Assembly: GCA_963710755.1 (NCBI GenBank)
Contig: CAVQBK010000003.1
Span: forward strand, 512,001-576,000
Direction: 5' to 3'
Origin: an uncultured bacterium
GTDB taxonomy: Bacteria > Oederibacteriota > JAAXVQ01 > JAUVAV01
DNA length: 64,000 nucleotides
Shown here: in pieces, positions 27,574-36,694 of the stretch
How the letters are laid out: each line of letters opens with the position of its first letter
How positions within the stretch are numbered: position 1 is the stretch's first letter
Translations under genes and position numbers: made by a program
The notes under the pieces: generated by a model
What the model saw: only the letters and a program-made list of their open reading frames with translations
What the model was told of the DNA's origin: nothing
The model's database searches: none

Positions 27574-29046
27574 ATGCCCGTTGCCTGCCGCCACTTCATT
27601 GTCGGATTGGGCGCGCTGCTGGTACTTGCCGGTTGTGCGCTGCTGCCGCCTCAACCGGGACCTCCGGAGGTCACGCGGGCGCAATGGCCTCTGGCCCATT
27701 GCACGGAAGCCATGGATCGACCGGGGTTTTGGCTGGACAAACTGGATCAGCCGGAAGCGGTGCTATTAGCCCCCCAGGCCATTGCCCGTCTTAATCAACA
27801 AACCCGGCAGCGCGGACTGCTGACCGATGTATTCTCCGATCGTTTATGGGATTATAAAAATGAGGAAGTCGACCGTCCCGAAGAAGTCAACCCTGACGGT
27901 GAATGGGATATTGAAAAACCCATGCTTTACAGTCCCGGTGTGGTGGATGGCTACCGGCTATACACCTATTTGAAAGATGAAACGGAACGTATTAAAAGCC
28001 GTCCCCGCTGGGATGCACAAGGCGCCCCCATGAAGGCAAGTGTTTTCAAAGCCTGGGATGACAATCTCAACCTGGGCCAACTCAAGGAGAATAATCCCCT
28101 TGGTTATGGTCTGACCTTGCGGCGTTCCAATGTGCGCTATTATCCCACGGACCAGGTGGTGGCGGGCCGCCGCTGGGATCATGATTTCGACATTGTCCAG
28201 GTCTCTTCAGTGCGGGCTTTTCAGCCATTGGTGATTTTGCATCACAGCCGGGATCAACGCTGGTATTTCGTGGTGTCCCCTTTCTGCCGCGGCTGGATCA
28301 AAGCCAAGGATATGGCGGCCTATTGCAATCCCAAAACCATTGCCGATTTCATTACGGCGGAACGAAAGCTGGTGGTAACCGGGCATAAGGTCACGGCTTG
28401 GCGGGAACTAGGTAATACGCGTACAGCGGAAGCCTTTTATATGGGCACGGTCTGCCGTCTTCTGGATAAAAATGAAACCGGTTATACCATTGCTTTGCCT
28501 AAACGCAATGACCGTGGCGGTTTGAATCTGGAAAAAGCCTTCATTGCCAGGGGGGAAGATGTGTACGAAGACTTCCTGCCCTACAGTCGAGCACAGATTA
28601 TCCGGCAGGCCTTTAAATTGCTGCACCACCCTTATTCTTGGGGAGGTCAGCGGGAGTACCGCGACTGCTCACAAATGGTCATGGATGTATTTGCCAGCAT
28701 GGGGATATTTTTACCACGTAACTCGTCGGCGCAGGCCCGGGTGGGCAGCAGCCATAAGGCCTGCGGCCGTGAGCTGGACCAGGAACAAAAAATTGCGGCT
28801 TTGCAAGCCCTCAACGGCCCGGCCTTATTGCAGTTTCCCGGGCATATCATGCTCTTTTTAGGCATGCATGAGGGCCGGCCTTATGCCATCCACGATATTT
28901 GGTCCTACCGGGTATTTAAAGCACCCGGCGTGGATGACAAGGTTGTCATCGGACAGGTGGTGGTCTCCGATCTCAGTCTGGGTGAGGGCAGCAACCGTGG
29001 GTCCTTGTTGGAAAGACTGACCACCATTAACAGGATAAGGCCTTAA
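27574..29046 (+). CDS. NlpC/P60 peptidoglycan peptidase with SH3 domains, lipoprotein
   Basis: Lipobox LVLAGC; PYSWGG..RDCS, LPRNS, PGHIML motifs. Confidence 0.88.
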   Translation: MPVACRHFIVGLGALLVLAGCALLPPQPGPPEVTRAQWPLAHCTEAMDRPGFWLDKLDQPEAVLLAPQAIARLNQQTRQRGLLTDVFSDRLWDYKNEEVDRPEEVNPDGEWDIEKPMLYSPGVVDGYRLYTYLKDETERIKSRPRWDAQGAPMKASVFKAWDDNLNLGQLKENNPLGYGLTLRRSNVRYYPTDQVVAGRRWDHDFDIVQVSSVRAFQPLVILHHSRDQRWYFVVSPFCRGWIKAKDMAAYCNPKTIADFITAERKLVVTGHKVTAWRELGNTRTAEAFYMGTVCRLLDKNETGYTIALPKRNDRGGLNLEKAFIARGEDVYEDFLPYSRAQIIRQAFKLLHHPYSWGGQREYRDCSQMVMDVFASMGIFLPRNSSAQARVGSSHKACGRELDQEQKIAALQALNGPALLQFPGHIMLFLGMHEGRPYAIHDIWSYRVFKAPGVDDKVVIGQVVVSDLSLGEGSNRGSLLERLTTINRIRP

Positions 29047-29048
29047 GT

Positions 29049-30386
29049 ATGCACCTGGTAAAGTGGGGTAAGGTTTGGCGAAGAGGCGGACTGCTGCTGG
29101 CAGGGCTACTAATCCTGGGCGCCTCGGCGCCCAGGATTAAGCCAGGCCCGAATCACCTGCCCCATGTCACCGCAGCCATGCAAACCCCTGAGTTTTGGCT
29201 GAACCGTCTGGACCATGAGGACGAGATCTTTTTAACACCCCGCCAGTATCGGCATTCCTGGCAACGCTGGGTCAAGCAGGGGTTGCTGATGGATCTGCGC
29301 GCTCTGCCGTCACGGTTACCCACCCATCAACTGCGCCGCTGGCTCAGCGAGGATTTCAGTTACCTTAAACGGGCGGGCCGCTACTACGGTTCTGAGGGCC
29401 GGTCCATGACCACGGAGGATTATAAAAAAATTATTAACCAGGTGAACCTGGAAGGGCTTAAGGGGTCTAGTTTAGATGTTTTTTGGGGATTGACAGTCCA
29501 TGATGCATCCCTCATGTTGTTTCCTACGGATTTAGTGATAACAGCCAAACCCAAAGATGTAGAATTTAATCTTGCCGCCCATTCCAGGCTGCTGCTGGCC
29601 TCGCCGGTAGCTGTGGTGCACACCAGCAGGGATGGACAATGGGTTTATGTTATTTCAGCTATTGGCCGAGGGTGGCTGCGGACAACCGCGGTGGCGGTTA
29701 CCGGCCGGCGCGATCAGGTGTTGGATTATGGTCAAAAAGCCCCGAAGGTCCTGGTGGATGCGCAAAGTAAGGTGATGGTGCAGGGGCAGGCGATTATCAC
29801 CACCATGGGTTGTTGGCTGGCCCAGGATCATGAGCAGGTGCTGGTCCCTGTTCGGACCAGCGAAGGCCGTTTGGACTGGGCACAGGCCGACCTGGTAGAA
29901 CCTCAAAAATGGACCGATCGCTTTTTGCCGGCCAGTCCCCATACCTTGATTACCCAAGCCTTTAAATTATTGGGCCAACCCTATGGGTGGGGCGGGCAGG
30001 AAGGCCTGGGGGATTGTTCCGAATTCGTCAGACGTCTGGGGCTGACTTGCGGCATGATCTGGCCGAGAAGCACTACGGGCCTGCGTCAGGGTTTTTCCGC
30101 CCGGCCGGTGCACCAGCCGCAAGCCCCAAAAGAAGGGCAGAGCCTGTTGTTTCTTCCCGGGCATGTGATGCTGGTGTTGGGCATTGATCAAAGACGGGTT
30201 TTTGTCATTCATAATCTTTACGGTATTTATGGACAGGATAAAGAAGGCCCCTTTATTGCCCGTGTGGGCAAGGTGGTGGTGTCGGACTTAAGCTTAGGCC
30301 GTGGCAGCCGCAAAGGCTCCCTGGCCCAGCGTCTCGACGCTCAGGCGGAACTTGGACCTGCAAGCGATCAGTCCCGGGGCTTCTAA
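29049..30386 (+). CDS. Second NlpC/P60-SH3 peptidase (paralog)
   Basis: PYGWGG..DCS, PGHVML; shares VVVSDLSLG.GS..GSL..RL with the upstream gene. Confidence 0.85.
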   Translation: MHLVKWGKVWRRGGLLLAGLLILGASAPRIKPGPNHLPHVTAAMQTPEFWLNRLDHEDEIFLTPRQYRHSWQRWVKQGLLMDLRALPSRLPTHQLRRWLSEDFSYLKRAGRYYGSEGRSMTTEDYKKIINQVNLEGLKGSSLDVFWGLTVHDASLMLFPTDLVITAKPKDVEFNLAAHSRLLLASPVAVVHTSRDGQWVYVISAIGRGWLRTTAVAVTGRRDQVLDYGQKAPKVLVDAQSKVMVQGQAIITTMGCWLAQDHEQVLVPVRTSEGRLDWAQADLVEPQKWTDRFLPASPHTLITQAFKLLGQPYGWGGQEGLGDCSEFVRRLGLTCGMIWPRSTTGLRQGFSARPVHQPQAPKEGQSLLFLPGHVMLVLGIDQRRVFVIHNLYGIYGQDKEGPFIARVGKVVVSDLSLGRGSRKGSLAQRLDAQAELGPASDQSRGF

Positions 30387-30493
30387 TAAGGGTTACTATT
30401 GGCAGGCTCGAAGAATCCATCGATAAAATACAACGACCATAAAAACAGGCTTGGCAAAAGCTAATTATACCGGATATTCCGCTGGAGGTGGAA

Positions 30494-31483
30494 ATGGACA
30501 AAGACATCAAGGCCCTGAATGAAAAGGTTAAAAAAGAGAGCGTGTTCGTGGAGGCATTGCGTCAGGAGATCGGCCGCGTGATTGTGGGCCAGCGAGAGTT
30601 AGTTGACGGTCTGTTGATCGGGCTGTTGGCGGACGGTCATGTGCTGCTGGAAGGTGTTCCCGGGCTGGCCAAAACCTTGACCATCAAAACCTTATCCGAT
30701 TGCTTAGAAGCCGATTTTCAACGGCTCCAATTCACACCCGATCTGCTGCCGGCGGATTTAATTGGCACCCTCATTTATAACCCCAAAGGCGAAGGCTTTA
30801 TGGTTAAAAAAGGTCCGCTCTTTTCCAACCTGATTCTGGCCGATGAAATCAACCGGGCTCCCGCCAAAGTTCAAAGCGCGCTCCTGGAAGCCATGCAGGA
30901 GCGGCAGGTCACCATTGGTGATACCACCTATCCGCTGGAGGCACCTTTTCTGGTGCTGGCCACCCAAAATCCCATTGAACAGCAGGGCACCTATCCCCTG
31001 CCGGAAGCCCAAGTGGACCGGTTTTTACTGAAGGTTAAGATCGGTTATCCCAGCAAAGAAGAAGAAAAAGAAATTTTAAGACGCATGACCAACGGCGCCG
31101 TGCCTACCGCTAAAAAAGTGGTGACGATCAAAGAAATTCTTAAAGCCAGAAAATTGATTGAGCAAATTTACGTTGATGAAAAAATGGAAAACTATATCGT
31201 GGATCTGGTCTTCGCCTCCCGTGACCCGGAAGCTGCCGGGCTGAAGGATCTCAAAGACCTTATTGCCTATGGAGCCTCCCCCAGGGCCACAATCAGCCTG
31301 ACCACCGCCGCCAAAGCCTACGCTTTTCTGGCTGGCCGCGGATTTATTACCCCGGAGGATGTGAAGTCCGTGGGCCTCGATGTACTCCGCCATCGTATCA
31401 TCATTACCTACGAAGCGGAGGCAGAACAAATGACCTCGGAGGCTATTGTCAAAATGATTTTTGACGGCGTGGAAGTGCCCTAG
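30494..31483 (+). CDS. moxR: MoxR-family AAA+ ATPase
   Basis: LEGVPGLAKT, FTPDLLPAD, DEINRAPAKVQSALLEAMQE, ATQNPIEQ motifs. Confidence 0.96.
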   Translation: MDKDIKALNEKVKKESVFVEALRQEIGRVIVGQRELVDGLLIGLLADGHVLLEGVPGLAKTLTIKTLSDCLEADFQRLQFTPDLLPADLIGTLIYNPKGEGFMVKKGPLFSNLILADEINRAPAKVQSALLEAMQERQVTIGDTTYPLEAPFLVLATQNPIEQQGTYPLPEAQVDRFLLKVKIGYPSKEEEKEILRRMTNGAVPTAKKVVTIKEILKARKLIEQIYVDEKMENYIVDLVFASRDPEAAGLKDLKDLIAYGASPRATISLTTAAKAYAFLAGRGFITPEDVKSVGLDVLRHRIIITYEAEAEQMTSEAIVKMIFDGVEVP

Positions 31484-31570
31484 AAACCGGAGCGATGGGT
31501 TGCCCGAGGTCCAGAGTAATCGATAATCGAAAATAAACAAGCAAGTTTAAATGCCTTGAAAGGGTGAAGC

Positions 31571-32452
31571 ATGTTACCCAAAGAGATCATTGCCAAAATC
31601 AGACGTTTGGAGATTCGTACCGGCCGTTTGGTCAATGAATTGTTTGCCGGCCAATACGAGAGCGTGTTTAAGGGCCGGGGCATGGAGTTTGATGAAGTGC
31701 GTGAATATTTTCCCGGTGATGATATCCGCAGCATTGACTGGAATGTGACTGCCCGCACCGGCCATCCGCATATCAAAAAATTTGTGGAAGAGCGGGAACT
31801 GAACATGATGCTACTCGTTGATTGTTCGGCCTCCCAGCGCTTTGGCACGGTCTCCCAGAGCAAGGCCGAGATGGTCGCCGAACTGGCCGGCGTGCTGGCC
31901 TATGCGGCCATCAAAAACAATGACCGCATCGGTGCTATCTTATTTACCGATCAAGTGGAAACCTTTGTGCCCCCGTCCAAGGGGAGCATGCATCTATCGC
32001 GCATCCTGCGAGAAATATTGTATTTTACGCCACAAGGCCGAGGCACGGATTTTAATCCGGCCCTGGAATATTTAAATGAGATTATCAAGCGGCGCAGCAT
32101 TGTATTTCTGATCTCCGATTTTCACACCACAGGCTACGACAAAGCCCTGGCCATTACCAACCGGCGTCATGATGTGATTGCCATGGAAGTGCGGGATCCG
32201 GCGGAGGGAAAACTGCCGGCGACCATTCCTTTTCTGGAAGTGGAAGACCTGGAAACCGGTGAAGCCCGGCTGATTCCTACGGGCCACAAAGCTTACCAAC
32301 AGGCCTATGCCCGTTATCAACAGGAGGCCAGACAAAAGCGCGAAGAGATGCTAAAGAAGATTAAGGTGGACAGAATTGATCTGCGTACAGACCAGTCGTA
32401 CGTAGAACCGTTGCTGCAGTTTTTCAGGATGCGGGCCAGACGTTTTCATTAA
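31571..32452 (+). CDS. DUF58 family vWA-like protein
   Basis: GRGMEFDEVREY.PGDDIRSIDWNVTAR and LISDF motifs. Confidence 0.95.
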   Translation: MLPKEIIAKIRRLEIRTGRLVNELFAGQYESVFKGRGMEFDEVREYFPGDDIRSIDWNVTARTGHPHIKKFVEERELNMMLLVDCSASQRFGTVSQSKAEMVAELAGVLAYAAIKNNDRIGAILFTDQVETFVPPSKGSMHLSRILREILYFTPQGRGTDFNPALEYLNEIIKRRSIVFLISDFHTTGYDKALAITNRRHDVIAMEVRDPAEGKLPATIPFLEVEDLETGEARLIPTGHKAYQQAYARYQQEARQKREEMLKKIKVDRIDLRTDQSYVEPLLQFFRMRARRFH

Positions 32453-32477
32453 GCCCTCTTGGGCAGGGAGGAATAAG

Positions 32478-33551
32478 TTGACCAGAAGGAACCGGCTGAG
32501 GGACACAAAGCTGAAAAAAAACGGACCTGTTTTAGCAGGCCTGCTGGTGATGATGCTGACACTAAGTGCCCCTGTCTGGGCGGTGCGGGTGGAAGCAGGC
32601 CGTTCCCAGGCTGCCGCCACGCCGGATGCTACGGCAACCACATCCGCGCCGATGCCGCTCTCCGTGGTATATCATCCGGTTACTAAAAATCCGAAAATCG
32701 GCGAGCCCTTTGTGGTGCAGGTCGTGATGACCTTAATGGCGGATGTACAGTTGGCGCCTATTAAGTACCAAGGACAGCTGGGGGACTGGGAAGTGCTCAG
32801 GGTCAACACTGGTACGGTGCAGCCTGAAGGCCGCTTGGGCCGCCGGGTGGATGAATTAACCTTGATGACTTATTTGCCGGGCTCGGTCGAGTTGCCGGCT
32901 TTGCCCTTTGGATTTGAGCAAGACGGGCGCAAAGGGGAATACCGGCCGCTGCCGCTGACTATTAAAGTGGACGGCTTACCCATGAAAAAAGGGGATCAAC
33001 CGGGAAAACTACGCGGCTTGAAACCCGTACTGGCTATGATCTCCTGGTGGGTGGTGGGGCTGATAGCCTTGGGCGTCCTGCTTCTGGCTGCGGGGTTATG
33101 GTGGTGGCTCAAGCGGCAAGGGTTGATTCCCGAACGTCCCAGTGGTCCGCCGCCTTTGCCGCCCGAGGAGATGGCCCGACAGAGGCTGTTGCAATTGCAG
33201 CAGTCGGCCTTGGCAGCCCAACGTCAGGACAAATTGTATTACAGTCAATTGACCGATATTTTGCGGCGCTATCTGGAAGGCCGTTATCATATCAATGCCG
33301 TAGACCGCACCACCCACGAATTGTCGCGGGAACTTAAACAAACATCCTGCCCCCGGCTGGCATCAGTCAAAGTTATGGAGCTGTTGGCCTTTAGCGACTT
33401 GGTTAAATTTGCCAAGGCCGCGGCTGAAGCCAAAGACCTCACTGACCATTGGCAGTGGGTATGGGATTTTGTGCAGAGCACCACGCCAGTGACCACGGAA
33501 GAAACCGGCCTCAAGACCAACCTGCAGGTTAAACCAGGGCCGGGTAACTAA
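32478..33551 (+). CDS. Bat-operon membrane protein (DUF4381/BatD-like)
   Basis: Signal peptide, TM, ILRRYLEGRY...TT.EL, DLVKFAK; position between DUF58 and batA; start uncertain. Confidence 0.8.
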   Translation: MTRRNRLRDTKLKKNGPVLAGLLVMMLTLSAPVWAVRVEAGRSQAAATPDATATTSAPMPLSVVYHPVTKNPKIGEPFVVQVVMTLMADVQLAPIKYQGQLGDWEVLRVNTGTVQPEGRLGRRVDELTLMTYLPGSVELPALPFGFEQDGRKGEYRPLPLTIKVDGLPMKKGDQPGKLRGLKPVLAMISWWVVGLIALGVLLLAAGLWWWLKRQGLIPERPSGPPPLPPEEMARQRLLQLQQSALAAQRQDKLYYSQLTDILRRYLEGRYHINAVDRTTHELSRELKQTSCPRLASVKVMELLAFSDLVKFAKAAAEAKDLTDHWQWVWDFVQSTTPVTTEETGLKTNLQVKPGPGN

Positions 33552-33568
33552 AGGAAGTTGAGGAAGGC

Positions 33569-34564
33569 ATGATCCATTTTGCAAATCCAGGATGGTTATG
33601 GTTGTTGCTCCCTGTAGCTGCGTTGGGGGTGTTGTTGTGGTGGCGCATCCGCCATCCCCGGGGAGTGGGCTATCCCTCCCTGCAGGGAATTAACCAGGTC
33701 TGGCCCAGGCCTTGGTTGGGTCCGGATGAATGGTTCGGCCTGGCGGTGCTGCTGGGTTTGTGCCTGGCCGTGGTGGCCATGGCCAGGCCGCAACACGGGT
33801 TGAAAACAGATCAAATCTCAGGTAAAGGCGTGGATATCATCCTTTGCCTGGACACGTCCGGATCCATGCGTTCCATTGACTTTAAACCGCAAAACCGCTT
33901 GGGTGCGGCCAAGGAAGTGGCCCGGCAATTTATTGAGAAACGGCCTCATGACCGCATCGGGTTGGTGGTATTTGGCGGTACGGCCCTGACTATCTGTCCT
34001 TTAACCTCAGACAAGCGGGCCCTGTTGGATTTGCTCAATCAGGTTGAAATTGATATGACCGGTGTCGATGGCACTGCCGTTGGCATGGCCCTGGCCACAG
34101 CCGCGGACCGGCTGCGAGAATCCAAAGCTGCCAGCAAGGTGATCCTGCTGCTCACGGACGGGCGCAACAATGTGGGGGCTATTGATCCCATTACTGCGGC
34201 CAAGGCCGCAGCTGCTTTGGGTATAAAAATTTATGCGGTTGGCGCCGGCTCCACCGAAGGCGGCGTTATTCCGGTCCAGGATCCGGTATTCGGCACCCGG
34301 TATATGAAAACTGAGGATGATCTGGACGAGAATACCTTGCGCCAGGTGGCAGGGGCCACACCGGGCGGCGATTATTTCCGGGCCAAAAATCTTCAAGGGT
34401 TACAACGGGTGTTTGACAGGATTAATCGTTTGGAAAAGAGTGATTACAAGATCGTGTCCTTTACCAATTATCAGGACCGTTATTTTCCATGGTTGTTGAC
34501 AGCCTGGCTCCTGCTGGGGTTGGCGGTGTTGTTACGTTACACCTTGTGGCGGCGGTTGCCGTAG
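33569..34564 (+). CDS. batA: BatA vWA domain protein
   Basis: FANP N-terminus, LARPQ-like motif, MIDAS DTSGS, GTAVG, LLTDG. Confidence 0.92.
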   Translation: MIHFANPGWLWLLLPVAALGVLLWWRIRHPRGVGYPSLQGINQVWPRPWLGPDEWFGLAVLLGLCLAVVAMARPQHGLKTDQISGKGVDIILCLDTSGSMRSIDFKPQNRLGAAKEVARQFIEKRPHDRIGLVVFGGTALTICPLTSDKRALLDLLNQVEIDMTGVDGTAVGMALATAADRLRESKAASKVILLLTDGRNNVGAIDPITAAKAAAALGIKIYAVGAGSTEGGVIPVQDPVFGTRYMKTEDDLDENTLRQVAGATPGGDYFRAKNLQGLQRVFDRINRLEKSDYKIVSFTNYQDRYFPWLLTAWLLLGLAVLLRYTLWRRLP

Positions 34565-34618
34565 GATAGGACCACGAGCACTGTATTGCCCATGGTTTGG
34601 AGCAATTGAGAGTAGCTG

Positions 34619-34655
34619 GTTCTTGTTGTAAAAAGACTCTATTGAGAACAAGAAC
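34619..34655. repeat. Degenerate, internally deleted relative of the fliR-flhB MITE
   Basis: GTTCTTGTTgtaaaaag...gagAACAAGAAC has the same terminal 9 bp at both ends; no clean target duplication. Confidence 0.45.
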
Positions 34656-34731
34656 GAGATTATAGACGGAACAGCTCAAATGGTCCGACCTTAATATTCT
34701 GCAGCTTGCTGCAGAGAAATTTACTGAGGTA

Positions 34732-36531
34732 ATGCCCATGCAGTTTTCACAGCCTTTATTCATTTATATCAGCTTGCTGCTGGTGCCCATAATGATTGCA
34801 CTTGTATTCTGGCTGACCTGGCAGCGCCGCCGGGATTATCAGGCTCTGGGGCATCAGACCATGGTGAGCAAGCTGTTGTCGTCTTTTCCCAAAATCAGGC
34901 GGGGACTGAAGGCATTACTCCTCATGTCCGGCCTGCTACTTATGGCCCTGGCCCTGGCCGGGCCCCAGTACGGCACCAAAATGGTGGAGGTTCATCGTCA
35001 AGGGGTGGAGATTGTGATTGCACTGGATGTGTCCAAATCCATGCTGGCTGAAGATATAAAGCCCAATAGGCTGGAACGGGCCAAGCAGGAATTGCAGGCT
35101 TTGATTGATCAATTGCAGGGCGACCGGGTGGGCGTGGTGGCTTTTGCCGGCCAGGCGATTATGGCCTGTCCCTTGACCACGGATTATGATGCCGCCAAAA
35201 TGTTCCTTAGCTACCTGCGGCCGGAACAGATCCCCGTGCCCGGCACCAACCTAAGCCAGGCGATGAGCACGGCTGAGACCATGTATAGTCCGGCTACAGA
35301 AGGCTACCGGGTTCTGGTGTTGCTGACGGACGGGGAAGATCATAGTCAACAGCTAATGCAGCAAACAGAGGCCATGAAAAAAGCTGGCATCAAATTGCTG
35401 TGTATTGGTTTCGGCTCCACCACCGGGGAGCCAATTCCCCTTAAAAATGATCAAGGTGCGGTGGTTGGTTATGTTAAGGACGACCAAGGTAAAACCGTGG
35501 TCAGCCGGCTCGACCAGGCTACCCTTCAGAAAATCACAGCTATGACCAAAGGCGTTTATCTGCCGGCCCAACAGGGGCAGGTGGAGGCGGATGTGTTGGC
35601 GGCCAAGATTGACCAGATGCAGAAGCGGGCCATCTCTTCCGGGCAGTATGGGGCCGGCGAAGACCGCTTTCAGTTTTTATTATTGCCGGCGCTGGTTCTG
35701 ATCATGCTGGGGTTATGGGTCCCGCTTAAAAAGCATTCCTGGCTTTTATTACTGATGCTGATGTGGGGCGTCCCTTCCCTGCTGATGGCGGGTACCGCGG
35801 AAAAAGTGAACGAAGGCAACCATGCCTACAAGCAAGGCCATTTTGACCGGGCCTTGAATCGTTACCGTGACGCCCAGATGGCCAGCCCGGATAACAACAT
35901 CGTCAATTACAATCTGGGCAATGCCTTGCAGCAAAAAGAGGATTATGAGGAAGCGGAGAAGGTCTATCGCAAGGCACTACAGGGCAAGAATAAGAAATTT
36001 CAAGCCAAGGTCCATTACAACCTGGGCAATGATTACTTTGCCCAGAAAAAATACCGCGAAGCAGTTGATCAGTATAAGCAAACTTTGAAACTCGATCCCA
36101 AGGATGAAGATGCCTTGTATAATCTGGCCCAGACCCTGTTGGTCATGAAACATCCTGAGCTGCAGCAAAAGCAAAAGAGTAAGCAGCAGGGTAAACAACA
36201 AGACCAGCAACAATCATCTCCCTCCCAAACCGCCAAGGCCCAGGATCAGCAGGCTCATGACAAAAAGACCGGCAAAACTCAGGCCAAGCAAGATAAACAG
36301 CAGCCGCCTACTAAAGGACCAGATGACAAAGGGGAGCAGAAGGCGGATAAACAAGCGCAGGACCAAGGCCAGCAGCAGGAGACAACGCGATTGCCCAAGC
36401 CCGGAGAGATGAGTCAGGAAGACGCGAAAAACTTGCTTGATTCCATCCGCGAAACAGAACAGCAAGCCCAGCAACAGCGGCTGAACAAAAATCACCAGCA
36501 AGTCAGGCCAAAAGGTCAGCCGGATTGGTAA
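34732..36531 (+). CDS. batB: BatB-BatC fusion (vWA + TPR + Gln-rich tail)
   Basis: MIDAS DVSKS, PLTTD, TDGED; TPR repeats YNLGN; Q-rich region and terminal DW. Confidence 0.88.
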   Translation: MPMQFSQPLFIYISLLLVPIMIALVFWLTWQRRRDYQALGHQTMVSKLLSSFPKIRRGLKALLLMSGLLLMALALAGPQYGTKMVEVHRQGVEIVIALDVSKSMLAEDIKPNRLERAKQELQALIDQLQGDRVGVVAFAGQAIMACPLTTDYDAAKMFLSYLRPEQIPVPGTNLSQAMSTAETMYSPATEGYRVLVLLTDGEDHSQQLMQQTEAMKKAGIKLLCIGFGSTTGEPIPLKNDQGAVVGYVKDDQGKTVVSRLDQATLQKITAMTKGVYLPAQQGQVEADVLAAKIDQMQKRAISSGQYGAGEDRFQFLLLPALVLIMLGLWVPLKKHSWLLLLMLMWGVPSLLMAGTAEKVNEGNHAYKQGHFDRALNRYRDAQMASPDNNIVNYNLGNALQQKEDYEEAEKVYRKALQGKNKKFQAKVHYNLGNDYFAQKKYREAVDQYKQTLKLDPKDEDALYNLAQTLLVMKHPELQQKQKSKQQGKQQDQQQSSPSQTAKAQDQQAHDKKTGKTQAKQDKQQPPTKGPDDKGEQKADKQAQDQGQQQETTRLPKPGEMSQEDAKNLLDSIRETEQQAQQQRLNKNHQQVRPKGQPDW

Positions 36532-36694
36532 GCAGGCTTTGTAAAAGCGTTGACCCCGGCCCCGGCCTGTGCGTTATAATGGGCGCTTTCAGCAGCAGGG
36601 CTGCCTTCGACCCAAAAGCATTGGGTATAAGGCATGATCCCAAAGTGTTGCCATTGGAAAGACGTACTTGCAAGCGTATTATGGAGATCAAAGG

